A stretch of DNA of 64,000 nt from Botryllus schlosseri (lineage: Eukaryota). Below, one piece after another: positions 9,594-22,127 of the stretch. Position numbers and translations under genes: made by a program. The stretch spans positions 15,500,001 to 15,564,000 of the forward strand of contig CM119375.1 of assembly GCA_051294905.1 (NCBI GenBank), read 5' to 3'. The notes below the pieces were generated by a model that was given only the letters and a program-made list of their open reading frames with translations, was not told the DNA's origin and ran no database searches. Positions within the stretch are counted from its first letter, which is position 1. Every line of letters starts with the position of its first letter.

Positions 9594-12290
9594 ATGTGGC
9601 CGAAATGCAGGAAGTTAATCAGTTTGAAGAAAGGTGCCAAGTTTCTCGGGGGAGTCGGCATAATTCTGCTCATTTACTTCTATTTTTCACAAGACGGACA
9701 GTATATTGAGATTCCCAAGTCATCAAGCGACTCGTTACAAAACGATGACGACTCGTGCGATCGACCTTTTGTCGATAACTCACCGGCGATTCATTCGCGC
9801 CTTCAGTCCGGCTCATCACTCAAAACTCGACAACACATACTCCTCTTCCTAGCAGATCAGTATTCGCGGGATGGGAAAGCGATAAGGTACATGCTCGAAG
9901 CTGCCAGAATGAAGTACCATCCTCAATATGGCACTGTTAAATCTTTACCTTCGTTAATCGATGACGAAAAAGGCCGCTTCATGGTTATCATATTTGAGAC
10001 AGCCGAAATCTACTTGAAACTCTCAAAGTGGAATCGTGAAATATTGGATAAATACTGCGTCAAATATGACGTTGGAGTAATACTTTTTATCCCACCGTCG
10101 AAAAAGAAGCCTCAAGAGTACGTGGAGATCCAGCGTTTCGGCAATTTTCCGTTATCATATACTGCGAACCTCGACATGAAAGACGCTGTCATCAATCCGG
10201 AATCGAAAGTATTGCGGATAACCCGTCCTGGAAAGCAAGTCGATGGCAGCATCGGCAAGGGCTGGTCTGTCTTCAAATCGAACCACAGCACTTATGAAGC
10301 TGTCGTGTCCGGGTTTTTGTCTGATCCTACCACCGCCGGTAGAAGTAAGTTTTTCGCGGGGCAACTTATGGACTTGAATTCGGAATCGAATCCATCTGAA
10401 AGTAGAAAAGTATTCAAAAAGGCAAAAACAGCTCATCCAATCATGATCGTTGACAATGGGAAGCACGACAAAATCCGTAGGGTGATCTATGGAAATAATC
10501 TGGGGTTTTGGCTGTTCAAAATACTATTTATGGACGCTGTCAGTTTTTTATCGAAGGGGAAGTTATCGCACCCGTTAAATCGTTATATACAGGTCGATAT
10601 CGATGACATTTTCGTGAGCGTCGAAGGCACTCGAATGACAAAGGACGACGTCATGAAACTGGTCGAGTTCCAAAGCGACATGCAAAGCAAAGTCCCCGGT
10701 TTTAACTTCTTAATCGGTTACTCGGGCAAATTTTTTTCGCACGGCAACGAAGCCGAGAATCTGGGAGACCGTACTTTCCTGGAGCAAAGCCACCGTTTCC
10801 AGTGGTTCCCGCACATGTGGTCGCACATGCAGGCTCACCTGTTCGGCAATTCAAGTTACCTGTGCGATTACATGGAGCCTAACAGGAAATTCGCCGTCAG
10901 GCATAAGCTGAACGTGTCGAGCCGTTACGCGGTCGCGCCTCATCACGCCGGAGTTTACCCGGTACACGAGCCTTTGTACGATTGCTGGAAAAAGGTTTGG
11001 GACGTCGACGTCACTAGTACGGAGGAATATCCGAATCTTAGACCTGATCAGAATCGCAGGGGATTTATATACAGAGGGATAAAAGTGCTGCCGAGACAAA
11101 CGTGTGGCTTGTTCACCCACACGAATTACCTTGAAAAGTACCCAGGCGGTCCCGATAAACTTGATTCTCTCATAAACGGCGGTCAGCTGTTTTTGACCGT
11201 CCTGTTAAATAAATACAACATTTACATGACTCATTTCTCCAATTACGGCAATGACCGTTTAGCACTGTATGTCTTTGAAAAGCTGATAAAGTTCGTGCAG
11301 TGCTGGACGAATTTGAGGCTGTCTCAAATACCGCCCGCTGACATGGCGCGGAAGTATTTCGAAGAATATCCTCAAGAGGAGACTCCGATTTGGACCGACC
11401 CTTGCGCGGACCCGCGTCATTTGGAGATCTGGTCGAAAGACAAATCCTGCGAGAGGTTGCCAAAATTTGTTATCGTTGGCCCGCAGAAAACTGGCACTAC
11501 CGCGTTGCATTGGTTCCTTCAAATGCATCCGGATTTAAAACCGAGCAGGCCGAGCCCGCGAACTTTCGAGGAGATTCAGTTCTTCAACACCCCGAATTAC
11601 CTAAAAGGCCTGGACTGGTACATGGATTTTTTCCTGTTTCCCGAAACGGGCGGGGACACGTTGCTGTATGAAAAAAGCGCAAACTATTTCAGCAGCCCCG
11701 TGGCGCCTCACAGGCTGCACGCACTGCTACCTCATTCTCGCGTCGTAATTTTATTGATAGATCCAGCCAAGAGAGCGTATTCGTGGTACCAACATATGGT
11801 GTCTCACGATGACCCTACTGCGCTTAACTTTTCCTTTCATGACATCGTAAAAGCAGGCATTCGATCTTCGCCTGCGGTGCTTGCGCTGCAAGCCCGTTGT
11901 CTTTTACCTGGCCGGTATGCGGAGCACATTGAAAAATGGTTGGAATATTTTCCTCCGTCACAAGTCATAATCGAAGACGGGGAGCTGTTAGCGAAAAATC
12001 CTATTCCCGTACTCGAGAGGCTTCAGATCTCCTTGGGTGTAAAAAACATTCTCAACTACTCGCAACATGTTCAATACAACGCCAAGAAGGGCTTTTATTG
12101 TAAGATCGGAAACTCCAATAAATTGGACTGTCTGGGTAAGGGAAAGGGTCGGGAATACCCCGATATGTCAGAGAGGTCTCGCGTGTATTTGAAGGCGTAT
12201 TACAAGGAGTCGAACGAAAAACTGGCAAATATTTTGAAACGGATGAAGAGACGGTTCCCAGATTGGCTTCAGGAATCCATAGACGCCTAA
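9594..12290 (+). CDS. NDST: Bifunctional heparan sulfate N-deacetylase/N-sulfotransferase, single coding exon, about 898 aa
   Basis: First ATG of the 9555-12290 ORF is at 9594 (MWPKCR..), followed by a type II TM segment. Deacetylase motifs DIDD, WFPHMWSH and APHHAGVYPVH; sulfotransferase 5'-PSB GPQKTGTTAL, EEIQFF, EKSANYF, PAKRAYSWYQH and CLGKGKGR. Confidence 0.97.
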   Translation: MWPKCRKLISLKKGAKFLGGVGIILLIYFYFSQDGQYIEIPKSSSDSLQNDDDSCDRPFVDNSPAIHSRLQSGSSLKTRQHILLFLADQYSRDGKAIRYMLEAARMKYHPQYGTVKSLPSLIDDEKGRFMVIIFETAEIYLKLSKWNREILDKYCVKYDVGVILFIPPSKKKPQEYVEIQRFGNFPLSYTANLDMKDAVINPESKVLRITRPGKQVDGSIGKGWSVFKSNHSTYEAVVSGFLSDPTTAGRSKFFAGQLMDLNSESNPSESRKVFKKAKTAHPIMIVDNGKHDKIRRVIYGNNLGFWLFKILFMDAVSFLSKGKLSHPLNRYIQVDIDDIFVSVEGTRMTKDDVMKLVEFQSDMQSKVPGFNFLIGYSGKFFSHGNEAENLGDRTFLEQSHRFQWFPHMWSHMQAHLFGNSSYLCDYMEPNRKFAVRHKLNVSSRYAVAPHHAGVYPVHEPLYDCWKKVWDVDVTSTEEYPNLRPDQNRRGFIYRGIKVLPRQTCGLFTHTNYLEKYPGGPDKLDSLINGGQLFLTVLLNKYNIYMTHFSNYGNDRLALYVFEKLIKFVQCWTNLRLSQIPPADMARKYFEEYPQEETPIWTDPCADPRHLEIWSKDKSCERLPKFVIVGPQKTGTTALHWFLQMHPDLKPSRPSPRTFEEIQFFNTPNYLKGLDWYMDFFLFPETGGDTLLYEKSANYFSSPVAPHRLHALLPHSRVVILLIDPAKRAYSWYQHMVSHDDPTALNFSFHDIVKAGIRSSPAVLALQARCLLPGRYAEHIEKWLEYFPPSQVIIEDGELLAKNPIPVLERLQISLGVKNILNYSQHVQYNAKKGFYCKIGNSNKLDCLGKGKGREYPDMSERSRVYLKAYYKESNEKLANILKRMKRRFPDWLQESIDA

Positions 12291-12942
12291 ATTTCAGCAT
12301 CCTGTGGCGAATATTGGATACAGAGTACGAATCTGTTAGCCCTCGCGTCAGTATTTCAAGTCCCGTTTATTGCCGCAATTTTATAGTTTTTTAGCATGGT
12401 TTATTACCGATAGCGCCGATCCATATTGGATTGAAGGCTACAGTCCGTTCAATTGTATGCTGCGATGTTTTTGCCAGTAACAAACTTGGTCGTTGTTCAA
12501 TTTAAAAGCTCCAATCGCATGCACGCCTTTGAATTTGTGCTACATCAAAAGCACGATTTCATGTGATACAAGGTCGGAAGTAGTCGGTTCCTAATTACAC
12601 GGTGACGTTTTCATAGTATCATACTCAAAAAAGGAACTGCTCTCTACTACTTCTATTTCGACCGAATTCAAAGCCAAAATGCACCAGTGTTGCCAAATAC
12701 AAGTAGTTGATTTATCTATATCATCATTTTCACAAATCATGCCGTCACAACCGCCTATCGGCGATGGAAATGAAATGAATTTGTTAACGTTTTTTTGAGT
12801 TGTACACCGTTTTTCATTTTACAATTGTGAAAGCTCCTGTGGAGTAATGGCTAGTACATTGTCTCAACCATTTTCTTTCGCTACTCCACCTATTATCGAG
12901 CCGTTTTGTTTTATACTTCTGCTTGGAGTAGAAGCACTCGGC

Positions 12943-13155
12943 CAGTGGTTCTCAAACTGAGAGGCACGCCCCCCTCGGGAGTGTTAAAAAGCACCCGAGG
13001 GGAGGCGCGAAGCTGCCTGAGAGAAAATATTTTTCTTGAACTCGCATTGAGTTTAATTTGTGCTGAAACTTCCAAGTTCCAACAATGGCAATAGTCCTAA
13101 TTTAAATTTTTCACTATCATCAAGAAGGCGTATTGAAAAAATTTGAGAATCACTG
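12943..13155. mobile_element. hAT-type MITE
   Basis: Ends cagtggttctcaaa / tttgagaatcactg; flanks only partly duplicated (cactcggc / cactctag). Confidence 0.65.
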
Positions 13156-14080
13156 CACTCTAGGCTGACATTCATGTGTATTTGAGTTAACTTTGACAAA
13201 CGCTTTTAGGCAAGTGGTTTGGTCGTTTTCAATCACTGATAGCGATTGACTTGAGATTAGCATTATGTTCTGCACAATTCTCGAAATCAATTATTTGCCA
13301 AATCTATAATCCCTGCCAATTATTACGACGACCTCATAGCGAGTAAGCTCGTGCGCATAAAGTGACGGATATTTCGTCTGCTATTGCATGCCCTTCTGTG
13401 AAGGCGGTAATTACTATGCATAACTCTGCGTTTTTGAAGTTGGAGCTGGAAAACTTCGCTTATCCATATTTTATTTACTGCCTTCTTGTTGAACTAGTAC
13501 ATGTATATTGATTTAAACCGGCTGCGGGGTAGATACGTTGTCTGTCTTATACTCATTGGATTCTAGCAAATGTTGGCAATGAAAAATGAGTAGGCACTCC
13601 AAGTTCGTTCTCAGTTCTTGTGTCCTAAATTGTTGTATCGTGTACGTGTTGTTTTAGTATTTTTCTTCTATACATCGTCCAAATATGAGCAAATCTTGTA
13701 GGAAGTAGCGATTTATCTGAACACGCATTTATCGGCTGATCTTCGGCTGTGGAAGGCCGAGTGATTGTTTAGTGTACACAGCACAATTTGCCATTTTCGT
13801 TCGTGGCTGTATCAAAGATTGAGTAATCCATAGAAGCCTAAGTTAACCAATTAAAATCAGTGAATTGTTTCGGCAAGTGGAGTCGAAGGGTCATATTGCG
13901 ATACAGCATCCGGTGTTTCATCTTCAGTTGGATGTAAAATACAATTTCAGCCCAATCCTTTTGATGTTGCTTGGGTGGGGTAGGTGAGAATTGCTAAGAA
14001 ACTTGCGCAGCGCATACAGCTCTACTCAGTCAGTAATGTTCTCTCCTGTTGAGTGCTGCAACACCTGACAACGTCTAGTA

Positions 14081-14530
14081 CAGTGGTTCCCAACCTTTTT
14101 GTCTTCGTTCCCCACTTCAGATTTATTCCGAGTCTTCTATCGTCGTATCTACTTTCAACTTTTGTCATTACTGAGCAGCTGTTTGCTTGTTTGAGTACAC
14201 AAGACGCACAACCACACCATTACGCAAGACAACTGCCTATAACTTCAACTTGAACCGATACCGGTAACCCGCAAAAGTTAGTGAAAGCGTTATTCACGTC
14301 ATACCGGTTGTGCTGGATGCGTTTGTGTCGCAATCATTGGTTCTTCAGAGTTAGAAACGAGATTTTGTGAACAACACGCAATATAGTTACCGCTACATAC
14401 ATTCCTGAGTAATTAAATGGCCACAGTAATCGCACATGTGTCTCCGTAAATATGTAGACTATCCTGCATATAATGTTCAACAAATGCGTCTATTCCCCAC
14501 CAGCAACCACCCACCGGTTGGGAACCACTG
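14081..14530. mobile_element. 450-bp hAT (Buster-type) MITE
   Basis: TIR cagtggttcccaac / gttgggaaccactg; perfect TSD GTCTAGTA; homologous to the ends of 16040-17493. Confidence 0.9.
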
Positions 14531-14937
14531 GTCTAGTACATAAGCGTATACTGCTGAGCCCAGTGTTGGGATCAAGTCACTACCTTCGAGTCACGAGTCA
14601 TTGCACATTTTGACTCGAGTCAAGTCAAGTCACTCGATGTTTGGAGGTGACTCGAGTCAAGTCAAGTCAAGTCACGAGTCAAGTTACCTTTTTGAAGTAT
14701 GAGACATGATTAGCCTACGTCATTGCATTTTGCTAGCTGTCTGAAATACAGATTGAGTGGTGTAGGACGCCCTGCGCCCTCTCACGGTTCATACACTTTG
14801 TAAGATACAACATCATTATGGTACATCGCCCATATCTGTATATCACGTGACTTATATCTTCTCGCTACCACGTGACTTACCATTTATCAGCTCGGGCATT
14901 TCAATTACAAACCAGACTCATCTGCGATATCCTACTG

Positions 14938-17900
14938 CAGGGGTTCTCAACTTCCCTTGCATGACGGGCCGCATTTTAACAGCAAAAGACGCTGCGGGCC
15001 GCAGAACAATATTACCATGTATTTGTGGGCTACTATTAAATTTAAGCTACTGTAGCCTATTTACCAGTCGTATACAGGCATTTGGTATATTTTTATGCAT
15101 TATAAAGTATTAATGGACAGCGTTCGTAAGTTTGCAGCTGCTGCTTGTTGTGAGAATATGTAGGCCTATCTTCTAGCGGCGTAAGTAAATCTTTTCAAGC
15201 AGCGTGCTTTGCATTCGTTGCCAAGTCGGTATATGCAACTTCAAACGCTACCACCAGAGAACCGACCTCTCTGTTTCAATGCGTGAGCGAGCAAGTATAA
15301 ATTACGGTAACTTTTGCGTTACAGAGGCCATTATCGCATTGAGCTCTGAGCGATACGAGAAGTCTGGCGTTCGGGGCAATTTCTGAGCAAACCAATCACC
15401 CCTTATCATTTCCTTCCATAGCAGGGGCTCTGCACCAATAGTTACAGAATCCCGCTTTGTCAAGTTGATATTTTTAGCTGGTCCCCTCCCCACGTTTGTC
15501 CAACCAGCATTTCCTCTGCATATATTATGCAAAGTTGGTGGATTCGTCCGAGGCTGGGTTAAAGTAGTCTACACGGCAACGTGTTTCAGAACTTGCGATA
15601 AAAGATCGACTGGCATTGATGTTACTCGTCTCGTCACGATTGAATCATATGCGACTGTATCTTAGAAATTTGTCAGGTGATGTTGTCCTTGCTGCTAAGT
15701 TCAGGAAACAGCAAATATTCGCACACTAAGGTTTTATTGAAATCACACCTTCTATAGCAGATTTCTTGGTTTAGCCATATTCCAAGCAATTTTGAACGAT
15801 GCGTCTGTAACGTAGTCGGCAATCTCAACAACCGTTCACAGTGAGTCAAACACTCTTTAAAAGTTTAGGCCTACTAAATAGCAGGATTCTCATGAATCCG
15901 AGTCCAGCCGAATACCGATTCAAAACAATAACAATCTGAAGTCGAGCATATATCAAGAAACACCCCATTAAAGCAGTGGTTATCAAACTCTTTTAGATAC
16001 GCCCCTTTTTCATGGGGAAAAATTTCGAGCCCCCTAACGCAGTGGTTCCCAACCTTTTTGTCTTCATTCCCCACTTCAGATATATTCCGAGCCTTCATTC
16101 CCCACCTGGACCGTAACATCAGCTCTTTGTCAGCCCCGCCAAAAAATCGGTGGTCTTGGGCCCCCATAACCCCCTCAACCCGGCTGAGCCCTTACGCTTT
16201 TTCCGTGCAACTTATCAGCTACATTTGGTCTACTGTTTAGTGCGTCTCCTGGCTCCGAGTAAACGCGCGAAGCGCGAAAAATTTATCTAATTCGTGTTTA
16301 AATCGGTCAATATGATCGGGAATTGGCTATATTTTGCTATCAATTTTTTATACCCTCTCTGCTCACGTAATCGGATTTACCGGTAAAGCTGAGTGAGGTG
16401 TGTTGGAGAAGGTAGGAGCTCTAAATAAGAATTAAACATATTCGGGCGGACCCGCTGGTATATTGACTTCGTTACATTATGCTATTTCGTGACCTCTATG
16501 TCTGCTATGTCAAAAGATATGGAAATCGCAAAAACTAAAAGGCACACACGATTTCAAATTGGTATTGGTTTACTGGCAACTAATTTTTCCCTGCGGGATG
16601 GCATTTATCCTGTGGGGTTCTGATCACTAGGACAGGAACATTCGGCGCCAGCCATTTAGCCAATTAAACATGCATATTGTATATATATCGTAGTTTTGGG
16701 TCACCACAAGGGCATTCCTTCTCGGCCAAGGTCTTCTCGCTGTTGATCGTTCTGGCACACTTCTCGGAGCTGCATGTTACATGGCCTCCGACTTCATATG
16801 CATTTGGTGCGTCGTGGTGCAGTAATGGCCGACGCCAAAGTCTCCATTTCTATAAATTATACGTATTTTCGTGGGGGAAGCGCATCCAATAATCGGATAT
16901 ACGGCAACATTAAATCGCGCACCCAGTGCGATTTTTTTGAAAAAGTGGCATAAATTTCAAAGAAATACTTTAATTTATGTTAATTCACGAAATAATTTTT
17001 GTGCCCCTTCGAGCTCGCCCCCTACCCCATTGGGGGGTTTGGGGTGCGGCAGTTACGGTCCTGTTCCCCACTACCAAACACTTTTGTCATCACAGAGCAG
17101 CTATATTTGCTGGTTAGACTACACAAGACACACAACCACACCAGTACGCAAGACAATCGCCCGTAACTGCAACATAAAACGTATTGTGAACCGATACCAG
17201 TAACGCTCAAAATTTCGCGAAAGCGTTATTTGACGTCAAACTAGTCGTGCCGGATGCGTTTGTGACGCCATGATTGGCCATCGAGAGTTAAAATTGCGTT
17301 TTTTTTAACAACAAGCAATATAATTTTCGATACCAACGTTCCAGAGAAGTTAACTGGTAATGGTAATCGCGCATGTGTCTCCGTGAATATGTAGATTGTC
17401 TTGTATATAATTTTGAGCAAATGCGTCTATTCCCCACCAGAAACCATTGAATTCCCCACCAGTGGGGAATTCCCCACCATTTGGGAACCACTGCCCTAAC
17501 GCCATATAACAACCTTATGACAACCTTATAACAACCTTACGTAATATATGCAACCTTATGCTAGCAATACAAACGGCTAGTTTGATGGCATATGGAAGGT
17601 TATGGCTGTTGATGAGAGAATTCTCAAATATGAAACCAGACTATACAGTGAAATAACAATTGAATTGGAGATAAATTGCGCGCAGCGCGAACATTTTTTT
17701 TGAGACGACCTCAGTTTCGCCCCGCCTTCAGATGCTTTCACGCCCCTACGGGGCGCGCGCCCCAGTTTGAGAAACACTGCATTCAAAAATGAGTAATCAA
17801 ACGAAACAAAAACGGTGCAATAATAGTGCTAAGTATTTAAATTAATTTGTAACAATACTGTGTCAGTAGTACTTGCGTTTATGATGAAAGACGTCGCGGG

Positions 17901-17942
17901 CCACAAAATAAACGTCTGCGGGCCGCGGGTTGAGAACCCCTG
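14938..17942 (-). mobile_element. 3.0-kb degenerate Buster/SPIN-like hAT with nested insertions
   Basis: TIR caggggttctcaac / gttgagaacccctg; perfect TSD TCCTACTG. Minus-strand remnants TDASFKIAWNMAKP, DESTN and a GAEP-like degenerate DGA motif at about 15300-15850, with many stops. Confidence 0.8.
16040..17493. mobile_element. 1454-bp non-autonomous hAT nested in 14938-17942
   Basis: TIR cagtggttccca / tgggaaccactg; perfect TSD CCCTAACG; a longer relative of 14081-14530. Confidence 0.88.
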
Positions 17943-18013
17943 TCCTACTGCATATTCGACAAATATATCTATCTGAGGCAATACTGTCGTTGCATTCACG
18001 TTGAAGTTGTCAG

Positions 18014-18520
18014 TAGGGCTGGGCAAAATCGAGTACCTGAGTGATTCGATTCTGAATCACGTATAACACTTCGAGTCGAGTCGAGTATCACTCATTGTGA
18101 CGTCACAACAGAATGTACCATGTCAATCTTCAAATATGTACCTTTTATGCCACCACAAAGAACATAATGCCTGTTATCCGTCACATTAAAGATACTTTGG
18201 TATTTTTTCGACCATACCGATTTCATTGCACTTGTTGACAATGTTGTTGGATGACCATGACTTCGGAAATGTGTTATTTCCAGTAACGTTCGTCGTTTTG
18301 TACTATGCCTCGTATGCTGCGACACGACCAATCAAGGTTTCAAGGCTTCCTCTTTGGAAAATAGTATCAAAACTATAATATTCGTTAGTAAATTACCTTT
18401 CAGTTGCGACGACCGTATAATGTCGGTACTCGAAATAATCGTCTTTTACTACTCGACTAGAATCATTAAAATTAATGCCCGATTCAGATTCGAGTACTCG
18501 AATCATTGTGCCCAGCCCTA
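18014..18520. mobile_element. hAT-type MITE, TAGGGCTGGGCA family, copy 1
   Basis: TIR tagggctgggca / tgcccagcccta; perfect TSD GTTGTCAG. Confidence 0.9.
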
Positions 18521-19294
18521 GTTGTCAGATCAAGGACTAACACAGGGACGTGCGTCTGCTACGAAAAGAGCTAAGTATATCTACCCAGCCACACATTACG
18601 TGGGACTCAGGTTGCAACTCTAGTAGGTTATCAGACGTCATGTCTGGTCCGCAGTGGTCATTGATACTGAACCAATGAGCGAATATAGAGTCAAATATAC
18701 ACGCAATAAGGCGCTGTATCGCTCACATATACGTAGAATTGCTAAACTACGTAAGTTATTGCACAGCCTCAGTTTATAGTTACCAGCCAAAACAGAGAAT
18801 AGAGAAACGAATTGATAAGATGCAATACATCAACTATATTTGAATTCAATTTCAATAAAACAAGAGGTTTGGTTAAGGAAAAACAGAGAACAGAAATAGA
18901 CATTTTGCTATTAAATTACTTTACTGTACTAGTTTACGACAAGGTAATATGTAAGTTTCGATCACTTCGTTTGCGGTTAATTTATTTGTGATAGAACAAT
19001 GGAGGTTCAGTAAAGCGCACGATCACTGAAAGACTGGTCGCTCTCACGGGTTACACCAGCATTTAGCGAACAGTCCGACCATATGCAAGATACAGGAATT
19101 TTAATCGACGCCGATTACTTGACGACATGAAATTGACTCGTGAATTTTGCCCCTAGTCACGAGTCAATCCACATTTTTGATACGCCGAGTCAAGACATTT
19201 TAGCAAAATGACTCGAGTCAAGTCATACGAAAAAAGTGACTCGAGTCATCCCAACACTGGCTGAGTCTTGTACAGACATACTTACCATCGCGAC

Positions 19295-19814
19295 TAGGGC
19301 TGGGCACAATGATTCGAGTACTCGAATCTGAATCGAGTATTAATTTTGTTGATTCGAGTCGAGTAGTAAAAGGCGATTTTTTCGAGTACTGAAATTATAC
19401 GCTCCCCGCCACCAAAAGTTAATTTACTAACGAGAAGTATGGTTTTGATACTATTTTCCACTGAGGGAGCCTTGAAACCTTGATTGGCCGTCTCGCAGCG
19501 CAGCATACGAGACATAGTACAAAGATACGAACGTTACTGGAAATAACACATTTCCAAAGTCATGATCATCCCACAACATTGTAAAGAAGTGCAATTAAAT
19601 CGCCATGGTACAGAAAATACCAAAGTATCTTTAATGTGACGGATAACAGGCATTATATTCTTTGTTGCGGCATAAAATATAAATATTTGAACTATGAAAT
19701 AGTACATTCTGTTGTGATGTCATAATGAGTGATACTCGAATACTCGACTCGACTCGAAGCGTAATACGTGATTCAGAATCGAATCACTCAGGTACTCGAT
19801 TTTGCCCAGCCATA
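19295..19814. mobile_element. hAT-type MITE, TAGGGCTGGGCA family, copy 2 (inverted relative to copy 1)
   Basis: TIR tagggctgggca / tgcccagccata; perfect TSD ATCGCGAC; the body is the reverse complement of 18014-18520. Confidence 0.9.
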
Positions 19815-19920
19815 ATCGCGACCATCCGCAACAATTTTCATTTTAGTCCATAACTTTCTTTTGTGTTAGCAAGGCACGAAACTAGCAATCTCATTTGATT
19901 GAAGTCATTACGCATGAACT

Positions 19921-20319
19921 TTAATCAAGTCATGATTCGAAACTCAGACAGCCAAAACCGACATTCCATTGTGATTTTAGTAAAAGAATAGTAAAGCAAC
20001 AACACTATTGGGATTTCGTCTATTGGTACTGGAACTTGAAAATGTGACCAGAAACTGCTAAAAGTGAGGAAAATGAATATATTATAACTGCGAACCATTC
20101 GATATCACCAAGTAAAGTAAAAAAAAAAAGTGGGTTTAGCAAGACTTTAGCTGGAAACTGAGTGGTCAACGCAATGACTTGGACTCGAGTCATAATATCC
20201 CGACTCGGACTCGACCCTCTGCTCACTGACTTGGACTTGACTCTGTGGTGAATTGGAAACGACTCGAGTCAAGACTATAAAAGTGAGATGGACTTGTTTG
20301 TGACTTGGTTACAACCCTG
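19921..20319. mobile_element. GACTCGAGTC-rich MITE family copy (other partial copies at about 14560-14690, 19136-19259, 42444-42830, 56235-56473 and 59575-59660)
   Basis: Ends in gttacaaccctg. The internal segment (cagacagccaa..accagaaactgct..gcgaaccatt..gactcggactcgac) is shared with 42444-42830, which begins cagggttgtaat. Boundaries are approximate. Confidence 0.65.
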
Positions 20320-22127
20320 CATAGAAGACACCTTCAAGACAACTGCAGTAACACAGTAACAGTCGCCAGTCAAAATTCTAATCTTATCAACATGATAAAA
20401 AATATCGCGATTTGCAATCAAAGATATTCTAAAACACGACTTCAGCCTTGCACAAGCAATGACCACAGACAGTTCGTCGCGATGATTGTCAAGCACACAT
20501 ATGACGTACAAATCTGTTTAAAAGCGTGAAATCGATAAACACAACTCAAACAGCAGCCTTTCTGCTCGGAGAAGCAAAACCCGCAGTCGTGACTTGGGGT
20601 GAAGCCTGCATGTTAACATTCGGCTCCATGATGGGATGCTGCGATTTCATCTGACAAAAACAAACGAGATATGAAAACACCATCTGAAGAACGAAATTAA
20701 TTTGCAGAACGTCGACAGGGACTAGTCGAACTCGAGCATTTGGGTTCAAGGATCGCGAGACTTCATTTGTGGTTCGACACATATACATACAAATCTTACA
20801 AAAATGTTCGAGTGTCTAAATACATAACCACTAGGGAGGAGTGAAAATGACTTTTTTCAAATCGAAAAAAAGGGGTTCTTAAATCCCGAGAAATGACCTG
20901 AAACTTCAATAAAAATTGAATTTAGGGGAATGCCCCCATTTTCCAGCTGGCAACCACTGGTCGTAGAGTCGTGATATATAGCTCAAAAGCTGCAGAACCA
21001 TCATGTTTATAGAAGTCCTAAGAAGAAAGTTTTCTCTATTGTGAACACAAAACTAGGTAAAGCAACAAAAAAAAACAAACAGTAAAACGCGGGTAAACGA
21101 CGGGAGTAACTACATACTCAGATGTGTTGGGGCTGCGGGGAGCCCATCCTGGTGACGTGAGGTACCAGTCGTTTGCAACTGAGGTGAATACAAAGTTGTA
21201 ACAACAAGATCCTTGTCCAACAGGGATACTCGGCAGGTTGCCGTCAGCGGACCGGAGAGTGCCGCTGACGACGCCAAATTGGTTGATCTAGCTAGAATAT
21301 GGCTGTGGAAGGAGACCCTGAGTGGTCGTCGGACCCCCTTTCAGTGGGGTGGCAGGACCCCGTTGTCACAAAGCAATAAACAAAACCTTAGTCAATTAAC
21401 TTCCCCGTATTGCCGATCACACAGGTGAAATCGGGATGTGTACACTGTACAACTGTACATCAAGCTCGAACCCTATGGTACGAGCCCTTAGGCCTACCCG
21501 ATGGTTGTTATAGCAACCTTGATTTGATCACGAAGCACATAAAATTATTATATCGTTAATTAGTCGAGTGGTACTAGGACGCAATTCGAGCACGAAATAT
21601 TTCTAATAGTTAACTCCCAACCCGAAACTGGACTTCAAGCATTTACCCAGTGTTTTTTACAACAGTCTGAAAAATAGGGGGCGCCAGACCCATGAAATTT
21701 TTGAAAGGGGGCGCTGTAGGAAAAAGGTTAAGAACCACTGCCTTTTAGCATCTTGCAAGCGGGACCACGTTTGTTTCCCCTCTCAGGTTTTACTTTAGAC
21801 CTTTTTCCGTTGCCACCAGGGACTAAATCTTCCTCAGACGAGGCTGGGAGGACATTGCTGGTGCGATATATTCGATACTGAAGCCCATTTTACTGATTTG
21901 GCGCACGACACCGCCCACACACAACGTTGCATCTTATGACTAGCACATCTTGATATGATATCTTCTGTGTTTAGGACACCGAATCTCTTCAGCAGCGACT
22001 TGTTGGGTGGACAATAGGGAGTATTTTATGCTGTAGTTTTTGAAGTGGCTCCATAACAGTTTTAGTGGCAGCCCCCCAACAGAGGATGCCGTATTGTAAC
22101 TTCGTTGGATCAAGAATTTAAAGAGTA

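Noticed and set aside
10155-12300. Several antisense or alternate-frame ORFs over NDST
   Set aside because: Shadow ORFs of a long GC-richer CDS, with no recognisable motifs.
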